From Erysipelotrichaceae bacterium MTC7 (lineage in GTDB: Bacteria > Bacillota_I > Bacilli_A > Erysipelotrichales > Erysipelotrichaceae), in contig LVZN01000028.1 of assembly GCA_001695645.1 (NCBI GenBank), positions 1 to 8,375 on the forward strand: a stretch of 8,375 nt of DNA, given 5' to 3'. Made by a program: the position numbers and the translations under genes. Positions within the stretch are counted from its first letter, which is position 1, and each line of letters opens with the position of its first letter. The notes under the pieces are model-generated. The model was not told the origin of the DNA. It searched no databases and saw only the letters and a list, made by a program, of their open reading frames with translations. This document shows, piece after piece, positions 1 through 5,543 of the stretch.

Positions 1-1
1 C

Positions 2-82
2 TACATCGGCTTTGAAGATGATACGGGCTATTACCACTACAACGTGGATGTAGCCAAACATTATGAAATAGGAGGTACTTAA
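2..82 (+). CDS. 3' end of an upstream phage structural gene (partial, product not identifiable)
   Basis: The frame is open from the window edge (...YIGFEDDTGYYHYNVDVAKHYEIGGT*). TAA at 80-82 lies 1 nt before the major tail protein ATG. Its position suggests a head-tail joining or tail completion gene, but that is positional inference only. Confidence 0.4.
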   Translation, partial: YIGFEDDTGYYHYNVDVAKHYEIGGT

Positions 83-83
83 A

Positions 84-668
84 ATGGCAACAATTGGTCT
101 GGATAAACTTTATTATGCGAACATCACAGATGATGAAAATGGCGAAGAAATCTATGGCACACCCACTCAGCTGGCAAAAGCAATCTCAGCAGAGTTATCT
201 GTTGAACTAGCAGAGGCAACTCTCTATGCAGATGATGGTGCGGCAGAAATCGTTAAAGAATTTAAAAATGGCACTATCTCTCTTGGAGTGGATGATATTG
301 GCTCGACTACTGCAGCCGCCTTAACCGGAGTCACGGTTGATAAGAACAACGTTGTGGTTTCTAACAGTGAAGATGGCGGGAATCCTGTGGCTGTCGGTTT
401 TAGAGCAAAGAAATCCAATGGCAAGTATAAATACTACTGGCTCTATCGAGTGAAATTCGGTATTCCTGCGACAAACCTAGCAACAAAAGGTGACAGCATC
501 ACTTTCTCAACACCAACGATAGAAGGCACGGTTCTTCGAAGAAACAAGCCGGATACAAGCGGCAAACATCCATGGAAAGCGGAAGTGACCGAAGGTGATA
601 AGGATGTACCAGCATCGGTTATCAGCGGTTGGTATACAGAAGTCTATGAACCGGATTACACAGAATAA
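84..668 (+). CDS. major tail protein (phi13/TP901-1-like, Phage_tail_2-type)
   Basis: AGGAGG at 70-75 lies 8 nt before ATG 84. The product is 194 aa. The N-terminal pattern MATIGLDKLYYA...LYADDGAAE and the size match my recollection of the phi13-family major tail protein. The gene sits immediately upstream of the chaperone and tape measure genes, the canonical order. Confidence 0.85.
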   Translation: MATIGLDKLYYANITDDENGEEIYGTPTQLAKAISAELSVELAEATLYADDGAAEIVKEFKNGTISLGVDDIGSTTAAALTGVTVDKNNVVVSNSEDGGNPVAVGFRAKKSNGKYKYYWLYRVKFGIPATNLATKGDSITFSTPTIEGTVLRRNKPDTSGKHPWKAEVTEGDKDVPASVISGWYTEVYEPDYTE

Positions 669-681
669 GGAGGGCTGAGCA

Positions 682-1065
682 ATGGATAACGAACGAACAG
701 CAAGTATTCGTATTGGTGGCGATGAATATGTGCTACTACTTACTACAAAGGCAACAAAGGAAATCGCAGGACGATATGGTGGACTTGAAAACCTAGGCGA
801 TAAGCTAATGAAGTCTGAGAATGTCGAGATGGCACTTTCAGAGATTGTGTGGCTGATTACCTTACTGGCCAATCAAAGTACACTTGTCTATAACATCAAG
901 CACAAGGATGCACCCAAGGAATTACTGACCGAAGATGAGGTGGAAATTCTCACAAGTCCGATTGATTTGGCGGAGTACAAAGAGGCGATTATGAATGCTC
1001 TTTACAAGGGTGCAAAAAGAAATGTACTCAGTGAGGAAAGCCCAAAAAACGCAGTAGCCCCGTAA
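682..1065 (+). CDS. tail assembly chaperone (G-type, zero-frame product, 127 aa)
   Basis: GGAGG at 669-673 lies 8 nt before ATG 682. The gene sits between the major tail and tape measure genes. It ends 13 nt after a canonical -1 slippery heptamer, and an open -1 frame continues downstream. Confidence 0.8.
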   Translation: MDNERTASIRIGGDEYVLLLTTKATKEIAGRYGGLENLGDKLMKSENVEMALSEIVWLITLLANQSTLVYNIKHKDAPKELLTEDEVEILTSPIDLAEYKEAIMNALYKGAKRNVLSEESPKNAVAP

Positions 1066-1253
1066 GTGACGAAGAGTTATTTACGAGGCTTTTATACTAC
1101 GGCATCAGCCTATTACATCTGACCATGGATGAATTTTGGCTGATGCCGTTTGGTTTGCTACTAGACTTGTGGGAGTGCCACAAACAGTATCAGGGGCTGG
1201 CAAAACCAAAAAGAGAGATATTTATCGATGACATTATCCCTGTGGGTATTTAA
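682..1253 (+). CDS. tail assembly chaperone GT fusion made by a -1 programmed frameshift (682-1050, slip back 1 nt, 1050-1253; predicted 190 aa)
   Basis: The -1 frame is open from 1035 to TAA 1251-1253. After the slip it reads RSSPVSDEELFTRLLYYGISLLHLTMDEFWLMPFGLLLDLWECHKQYQGLAKPKREIFIDDIIPVGI (67 codons). This stretch has no plausible independent start or RBS, and the only internal ATG would give about 41 aa. The arrangement matches the conserved G/GT tail-chaperone frameshift of tailed phages. Confidence 0.7.
1044..1050 (+). promoter_or_regulatory. -1 ribosomal frameshift slippery heptamer A_AAA_AAC
   Basis: In the zero frame the codons are cca|aaa|aac (P K N). The heptamer a1044-c1050 fits X_XXY_YYZ, and both tRNAs can re-pair on AAA after a -1 slip. 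It lies 13 nt before the G stop codon. Confidence 0.7.
1099..1149. repeat. perfect 12-bp GC-rich inverted repeat (ACGGCATCAGCC / GGCTGATGCCGT) with a 27-nt spacer
   Basis: Read directly: 1099-1110 is the exact reverse complement of 1138-1149. It lies inside the T segment, about 49 nt downstream of the slippery site, and is followed by TTGGTTTG. Confidence 0.8.
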
Positions 1254-1272
1254 GATGTAAGAAGATAAAATC

Positions 1273-1286
1273 AGTACTTAAGTACT
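1273..1286. promoter_or_regulatory. perfect 14-bp palindrome AGTACTTAAGTACT (candidate operator)
   Basis: The sequence is self-complementary when read directly. It lies 29 nt upstream of the -35 hexamer of the cassette promoter, in the gap after the GT stop codon. Confidence 0.5.
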
Positions 1287-1301
1287 AGCGGGCTCACCTT
1301 A

Positions 1302-1317
1302 ATGTAAAGGAAGCTTG
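1302..1317 (+). promoter_or_regulatory. direct repeat copy 1, ATGTAAAGGAAGCTTG (candidate operator overlapping -35)
   Basis: It matches 1346-1361 at 15 of 16 positions. Its 3' end overlaps TTGACA at 1315-1320. Confidence 0.5.
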
Positions 1318-1343
1318 ACAAGGCAATGGGAATATGTTATTTT
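1315..1343 (+). promoter_or_regulatory. sigma-A-type promoter: -35 TTGACA, 17-nt spacer, extended -10 TGtTATTTT
   Basis: TTGACA is at 1315-1320. TG is at 1335-1336 and TATTTT at 1338-1343. The promoter points into the HTH gene, whose AGGAGG is at 1372-1377. Confidence 0.6.
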
Positions 1344-1345
1344 AT

Positions 1346-1361
1346 ATGTAAAGGAAACTTG
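1346..1361 (+). promoter_or_regulatory. direct repeat copy 2, ATGTAAAGGAAACTTG (candidate operator over the predicted transcription start)
   Basis: It matches 1302-1317 at 15 of 16 positions, with a centre-to-centre spacing of 44 bp. It is followed by TCGACA, echoing the ACA that follows copy 1. Confidence 0.5.
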
Positions 1362-1386
1362 TCGACACAAAAGGAGGGATAGTTGC

Positions 1387-1602
1387 TTGAAAAATAAAGT
1401 AGAAGTGTTACGTAAAGACAAAGGCTTAAGTCAAGAAGAGTTTGCCAAAGAAATTCGAGTTTCAAGACAAACAATAAGTTCCATTGAGACAGGAAAGTAT
1501 AATCCCTCATTAGAACTAGCATTTATCATCTCAAATTACTTTGGGAAAAGGGTAGAAGAAATTTTTATTTATGAAGGAGGTAATAAGAATGAAGAGAAGT
1601 AA
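1387..1602 (+). CDS. XRE/Cro-CI family helix-turn-helix transcriptional regulator (71 aa)
   Basis: It carries a classic HTH_3 motif, LSQEEFAKEIRVSRQTISSIETGKYNPSLELAFIISNYFGKRVEEIF. AGGAGG at 1372-1377 lies 9 nt before the in-frame TTG at 1387. The longer track ORF (1315 start) begins inside the -35 hexamer, so I shortened it. Confidence 0.8.
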   Translation: MKNKVEVLRKDKGLSQEEFAKEIRVSRQTISSIETGKYNPSLELAFIISNYFGKRVEEIFIYEGGNKNEEK

Positions 1603-2032
1603 CTTTATAACTGGATTAGTATCTTTGTTAGTTGGAATGGCGTGTTTGTCTGTTGTACTACTATTTGAGACTAAATTAAATAGCATTTTGAGTGGATTTG
1701 CTGGAGGAGGAATATGTAGTGGTATAGTCATACTGTGGAAATATTACCATTGGACAAAACCAGAAAATAAAAGTAAATATAAAGAAAAGATGGAAAATGA
1801 AAATATTGAATTACACGATGAAAGAAAGGAGATGTTAAGGGATAAAGCTGGTAGATACACCTATCTTTTAGGATTAGTTGTATTAGCCCTATCTATTACT
1901 ATATTTTCCATTCTAGATAGTTTAGAAATTATAAATGATACTCGTTTGATTGTTTTATATCTTGGTGGACTATTATTATTTCAATATATTACAGGAGTTA
2001 TTATTTATAAGAGGCTTAGCAAAAAGTACTAA
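1589..2032 (+). CDS. small integral membrane protein, 4 predicted TM helices (147 aa), function unknown
   Basis: AAGGAGG at 1574-1580 lies 8 nt before ATG 1589. The start overlaps the HTH gene end by 14 nt. Hydrophobic segments are NFITGLVSLLVGMACLSVVLLF, ILSGFAGGGICSGIVILW, TYLLGLVVLALSITIFSIL and LIVLYLGGLLLFQYITGVIIY. They flank a K/E-rich loop, TKPENKSKYKEKMENENIELHDERKEMLRDKAGR. Confidence 0.7.
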   Translation: MKRSNFITGLVSLLVGMACLSVVLLFETKLNSILSGFAGGGICSGIVILWKYYHWTKPENKSKYKEKMENENIELHDERKEMLRDKAGRYTYLLGLVVLALSITIFSILDSLEIINDTRLIVLYLGGLLLFQYITGVIIYKRLSKKY

Positions 2033-2088
2033 GAACTACACTAGATTTTATAGTTATACATCACGTTATAAAATAAATAGTAAATTTA

Positions 2089-2116
2089 GGGGCAATCAAA
2101 AAGGTTGCTCCTTTTT
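2089..2116 (+). terminator. rho-independent terminator
   Basis: GGGGCAATC (2089-2097) pairs with GGTTGCTCC (2103-2111), giving 9 bp including two G-U pairs. The loop is AAAAA and a TTTTT tract follows at 2112-2116. It lies 57 nt after the membrane gene stop and 28 nt before the tape measure start. Confidence 0.65.
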
Positions 2117-2143
2117 CATGTCCATTTTTAAGGAGGTGGTAAC

Positions 2144-4750
2144 TTGGCTGATAATTTTGGCTTGAAAATTGGTCTTGAAGGCGAGAAGGAATTTAAAAAG
2201 GCTTTAACAGACATCAATCGTTCCTTCAAAGTACTAGGTTCTGAAATGAAACTAGTAGCCTCAGAGTTTGATAAAAATGATAAGTCTGTCCAGGCTCTTT
2301 CCGCCAGAAATTCAGTCCTCAATAAAGAGATTGAAATCCAAAAAAGCAAAATTGAAACCTTGAGGTCGGCTCTAGAAAATGCAGCTACCTCCTTTGGAGA
2401 GACCGATAGAAGAACGCAGAACTGGCAGATTCAATTGAACAATGCTGAGGCGGCACTCAACAATATGGAGCGAGAGTTAAGTAACAATAATGCTGCTCTT
2501 GAGGAAGCAAACTCAAACTACGATGATGCCGAAGATGCTCTCGATGACATGAACCGTGAAATGAACGATGTCACTGATAGTGCTGATGATATGGGAAAAG
2601 AGATTGATGAGGCGGCTGACTCCGCTGAAAAATCTGAATCTAAGTTTAAAGGCTTAGGTACAACTCTAAAATCTATCGGCATTGCCATGGGAGCAGTTGC
2701 TGTTGCAGCAGGTGCGGCGGCTGTCAAACTTGGTAAAGAAGTCATTTCCGCCTATGCCGATTACGAACAATTAGTCGGTGGTGTGGATACGCTTTTTAAA
2801 GAAAACTCTCAGCAGTTACAAGACTATGCATCGAATGCCTATAAGACGGCAGGTCTTTCTGCCAATGACTACATGGAAACCGTCACTTCGTTTTCTGCAA
2901 GCCTTATTTCTTCTCTTGGAGGGGATACAGAAAAAGCCGTTAAATATGCGGATATGGCGATTACTGATATGTCTGACAATGCCAACAAAATGGGTACAGA
3001 CATGGAGTCCATTCAAAATGCCTATCAGGGTTTTGCCAAACAAAATTACACCATGCTAGACAATCTTAAGCTTGGTTATGGCGGTACAAAAAGTGAAATG
3101 GAGCGGCTCCTTGCCGATGCCGAGGCTATCTCTGGCATTGAGTACGATGTTTCTTCTTATGCCGATGTAGTTTCTGCCATCCATGTCATTCAAGAAAGCA
3201 TGGGCATTGCTGGTACGACTGCTCTTGAGGCAGAGGAGACTATTTCAGGGTCCTTGAATGCTTTTGAATCTGCTTTACAAAATCTTTTAGTTGGTTTTGG
3301 AAATGCCGATGCGGATATGGAACAACTCAGTAAAAACATGGTGGATGCCTTTCAGTCGGTGGTAAAAAACATTACTCCAGTGATTGAAAATATCGTAAAG
3401 GCCCTGCCCATCGCAATTGAAGCATTATTGGATGCGGTTTCTGATTTGTTACCGACACTGCTTGCTACGGTGACCGATTTATTTACTCAAGTACTGAACG
3501 CACTGATGAGCCTACTACCTACTCTAATACCGGTAGCAGTTGATTCCATCCTTACGATTGTGAATGCCTTGATTGAAAACTTATCACTGCTAGTGGATGC
3601 GGCCGTTCAGTTAATTGCAGCTTTAGTAGATGGTCTTGGGCAAGCAATGCCAGAACTGATTCCTGCGGCAGTTAATGCAATTACTACGATTGTGCAAGGT
3701 TTAGTGGATAATCTACCCATGCTGCTCGACGCAGCACTGCAGTTAATACTTGGTTTGGCTCAGGGGTTTCTCGAGGCGATTCCGCAACTAATTGAGGCTC
3801 TCCCTACGATTATTTTGGCAATCATTGATTTTATTATAAGCGCAATTCCTCAGATTATAGATGCAGGTATTCAGCTATTAACATCGCTGGTTACCGCCTT
3901 GCCTGAAATTATTACGGCTATTGTAGAGGCGATTCCACAGATAATTGATGGAATATTAAATGGGATTTTAAGTTCGATTCCACAACTCATACAAGTGGGT
4001 GTCGACTTACTTGTTGCACTGATTCAAAATCTACCGACCATTATTACCACCATTGTGGCGGCAATCCCTCAAATCATTTCAAGTATAGTAAATGCCTTGA
4101 TTGGAAACATCGACAAGATCATTATGGCAGGGGTTCAGCTATTTGTAGCACTCATTCAGAATTTACCAACCATTGTGGTAGAGATCGTAAAAGCAGTGCC
4201 TCAGATTATTGGCGGCATCGTCAGAGCATTTACAAACTCCATGGGTTCCATCGTGACGGTGGGTGGCAACATTGTAAAAGGACTATGGCAGGGTATTCAA
4301 TCCCTTGCTTCTTGGTTATGGAATAAAGTGAGTGGTTGGATTAGTGGCATTTGGACTGGCATCAAGGATTTCTTCGGTATCAAATCACCATCGAAACAGA
4401 TGGGGTGGGTTGGTGAAATGCTTGTGAAAGGTCTTGCAGGTTCTATCCAAGATAACGGTGATGAGGCTGTGAAAGCGGCTGAGATGATGAGTGAGGATAT
4501 CAACGATGTGATGACCAGTCTTGCCAGCGATATGAGTACATCCTTGCCTACAGACTTTTCAGTGGATACTTCCGTTGGTGGTGTGATTTCAAATGCAGCG
4601 ACCTCTTCCCTAGGTGGTGTCAGTGGATCGCTGGTTACTGTACAGCAGATGATTGTACGAAGTGAAGATGATATCAGAAGGGTATCTCAGGAACTTTATA
4701 ACTTAATTCAGACAGGCTCTCGTGCTCAGGGTCGATTCTCTACAACATAA
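2144..4750 (+). CDS. tail tape measure protein (868 aa)
   Basis: AGGAGG at 2131-2136 lies 7 nt before TTG 2144. The N-terminus is coiled-coil-like (EIEIQKSKIETLRSALE...), followed by an acidic stretch and a hydrophobic segment (IGIAMGAVAVAAGAAAV). A conserved TMP core motif region (YTMLDNLKLGYGGTKSEMERLL) is present, followed by a long Ile/Leu/Pro periodic repeat region and a W-rich C-terminal part with FGIKSPSKQMGWVGEMLVKGLAGS. It is the largest gene and sits after the chaperones. Confidence 0.9.
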   Translation: MADNFGLKIGLEGEKEFKKALTDINRSFKVLGSEMKLVASEFDKNDKSVQALSARNSVLNKEIEIQKSKIETLRSALENAATSFGETDRRTQNWQIQLNNAEAALNNMERELSNNNAALEEANSNYDDAEDALDDMNREMNDVTDSADDMGKEIDEAADSAEKSESKFKGLGTTLKSIGIAMGAVAVAAGAAAVKLGKEVISAYADYEQLVGGVDTLFKENSQQLQDYASNAYKTAGLSANDYMETVTSFSASLISSLGGDTEKAVKYADMAITDMSDNANKMGTDMESIQNAYQGFAKQNYTMLDNLKLGYGGTKSEMERLLADAEAISGIEYDVSSYADVVSAIHVIQESMGIAGTTALEAEETISGSLNAFESALQNLLVGFGNADADMEQLSKNMVDAFQSVVKNITPVIENIVKALPIAIEALLDAVSDLLPTLLATVTDLFTQVLNALMSLLPTLIPVAVDSILTIVNALIENLSLLVDAAVQLIAALVDGLGQAMPELIPAAVNAITTIVQGLVDNLPMLLDAALQLILGLAQGFLEAIPQLIEALPTIILAIIDFIISAIPQIIDAGIQLLTSLVTALPEIITAIVEAIPQIIDGILNGILSSIPQLIQVGVDLLVALIQNLPTIITTIVAAIPQIISSIVNALIGNIDKIIMAGVQLFVALIQNLPTIVVEIVKAVPQIIGGIVRAFTNSMGSIVTVGGNIVKGLWQGIQSLASWLWNKVSGWISGIWTGIKDFFGIKSPSKQMGWVGEMLVKGLAGSIQDNGDEAVKAAEMMSEDINDVMTSLASDMSTSLPTDFSVDTSVGGVISNAATSSLGGVSGSLVTVQQMIVRSEDDIRRVSQELYNLIQTGSRAQGRFSTT
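3515..4240 (+). repeat. in-frame tandem repeat array inside the tape measure gene: 5.5 units of 44 aa (132 bp), with 11/22-residue sub-periodicity
   Basis: Units read directly, for example IPQIIDAGIQLLTSLVTALPEIITAIVEAIPQIIDGILNGILSS, then IPQLIQVGVDLLVALIQNLPTIITTIVAAIPQIISSIVNALIGN, then IDKIIMAGVQLFVALIQNLPTIVVEIVKAVPQIIGGIVRAFTNS (3845-4240). Two more diverged 44-aa units lie at 3515-3778 and a half unit at 3779-3844. Confidence 0.8.
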
Positions 4751-4762
4751 GGAGGTGTGCCG

Positions 4763-5539
4763 ATGGGTTTTTCATATAACGATGTTTCTTCAAAAAGCAT
4801 GGGGCTAAAAGCCAGGCTCACTTCCTGGCAGGTCTGTGGAGGGATGCGTAATTTTACCACCACCGTACCTGGAAAATATGGTGTGACAGACTTTGGGGCT
4901 GATTTTGATTACCGAGAAATCAATGTGGCTTGTAATATCTATCCTAAGCACAGCTTTTCTGCACTGGTGAGTACCCTTGACGAACTTTCATCATGGCTTG
5001 ATCCCATGCAAGGGTTAAAAGAACTTGTTTTTGATGATGTACCAGACAGGTATTTTATGGCAAGGCTGAATGAAAAAGTGGATTGTGAACGACTCATTCG
5101 TTTTGCAGGAAGTTTCAACTTGAAGTTTTTCTGTCCTGACCCTTTTGCTTATGCCATTACGGATGAGCATTATTTAATAGAAAACGAAGGAAGTCACACG
5201 ATTACAAGACAGACCGGTAATGTTGAATCCAATCCTATGTATCGTTTGAAGGGAATCATCGCATCGGGTGTGAACAATTCTATTTCTGTTACAACCAATG
5301 GCTTGGAAATGAAAATTGTAAATGCTGTACTTTTGGCGGAAGAAACACTTGTCATTGATACAGATAAGATGACGGCTTATGTGGAAGACGAAAACGGGAT
5401 AATTTTAAGAAACGCTTTGCCCTACCTAGAGGAGATACAGTTTCCAAGTCTTCATGTAGGCATGAATACCCTAGCAATAACAACGAATAATGCTGTGTTT
5501 ACAGCGCTTGAAATAAAGGCTCGCAGTAGATGGAGGTGA
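4763..5539 (+). CDS. distal tail protein (Dit; siphovirus tail component family)
   Basis: GGAGG at 4751-4755 lies 7 nt before ATG 4763. The track start, GTG 4757, is only 1 nt from the RBS. The product is 258 aa. The pattern ...ELVFDDVPDRYFMARL...FNLKFFCPDPFAYA is typical of the Sipho_tail/Dit family as I recall it. The position directly after the TMP is canonical. Confidence 0.75.
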   Translation: MGFSYNDVSSKSMGLKARLTSWQVCGGMRNFTTTVPGKYGVTDFGADFDYREINVACNIYPKHSFSALVSTLDELSSWLDPMQGLKELVFDDVPDRYFMARLNEKVDCERLIRFAGSFNLKFFCPDPFAYAITDEHYLIENEGSHTITRQTGNVESNPMYRLKGIIASGVNNSISVTTNGLEMKIVNAVLLAEETLVIDTDKMTAYVEDENGIILRNALPYLEEIQFPSLHVGMNTLAITTNNAVFTALEIKARSRWR

Positions 5540-5543
5540 TCCA

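Noticed and set aside
224-872. Reverse-strand ORFs 224-424 and 507-872
   Set aside because: They lie entirely antisense to the well-supported major tail and chaperone genes. They have no RBS, and their Ser/Pro/Ala-rich composition is low-complexity, typical of shadow ORFs.
1057-1089. Small hairpin (CGTAA 1061-1065 pairing with TTACG 1081-1085, plus 2-3 bulged GC pairs) as the frameshift stimulator
   Set aside because: The spacing from the heptamer is right (~8-10 nt), but the stem is only 5 contiguous mostly-AT pairs with a 15-nt loop. That is too weak to call without folding energetics or co-variation.
1315-1386. Longer N-terminus for the HTH gene (track start at 1315, MTRQWEYVILYVKETCRHKRRDSC...)
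   Set aside because: That start codon is the TTG of the TTGACA -35 hexamer. The extension would cover the promoter and the AGGAGG at 1372-1377. TTG 1387 has proper RBS spacing and gives the usual ~70-aa XRE size.
1571-1588. ATG 1571 as the start of the membrane protein
   Set aside because: No RBS lies upstream of it. Codons 2-3 of that version are themselves the AAGGAGG that serves ATG 1589.
1337-1731. Reverse-strand ORFs 1337-1522 and 1531-1731
   Set aside because: They are antisense to the HTH and membrane genes in an AT-rich region. They have no RBS or promoter context, and the + strand genes have motifs, RBSs and a promoter.
1280-2031. Shared 8-mer AAGTACTA near both ends of the cassette (1280-1287 and 2024-2031) as a possible target-site duplication or att-like repeat
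   Set aside because: An 8-mer is too short to be significant in AT-rich sequence. The right copy lies inside the membrane gene's last codons rather than at the composition boundary, and no flanking inverted repeats or recombinase gene are present.
2055-2083. Promoter-like AT-rich hexamers (TATACA ... TAGTAA) downstream of the membrane gene
   Set aside because: The matches to consensus are poor (4/6 and 3/6). Any transcript would run straight into the terminator at 2089-2116.
1950-2165. + strand ORF 1950-2165 (71 aa) spanning the cassette/TMP junction
   Set aside because: It overlaps the membrane gene out of frame and runs through the terminator hairpin and the TMP RBS. It has no RBS of its own.
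3515-4240. 132-bp periodic DNA repeats considered as a CRISPR-like or satellite array
   Set aside because: The repeats are in frame and contiguous, with no unique spacers. They encode a coherent periodic protein segment of the tape measure gene.
2128-4503. Reverse-strand ORFs 2128-2349, 2518-2745, 2816-3043 and 4297-4503, and the + strand out-of-frame ORF 2778-3059
   Set aside because: All are nested within the tape measure gene, whose frame is supported over 868 codons. They are probably chance open frames.
4757-4762. GTG 4757 as the Dit start
   Set aside because: It lies only 1 nt after GGAGG (4751-4755). ATG 4763 has a 7-nt spacing.
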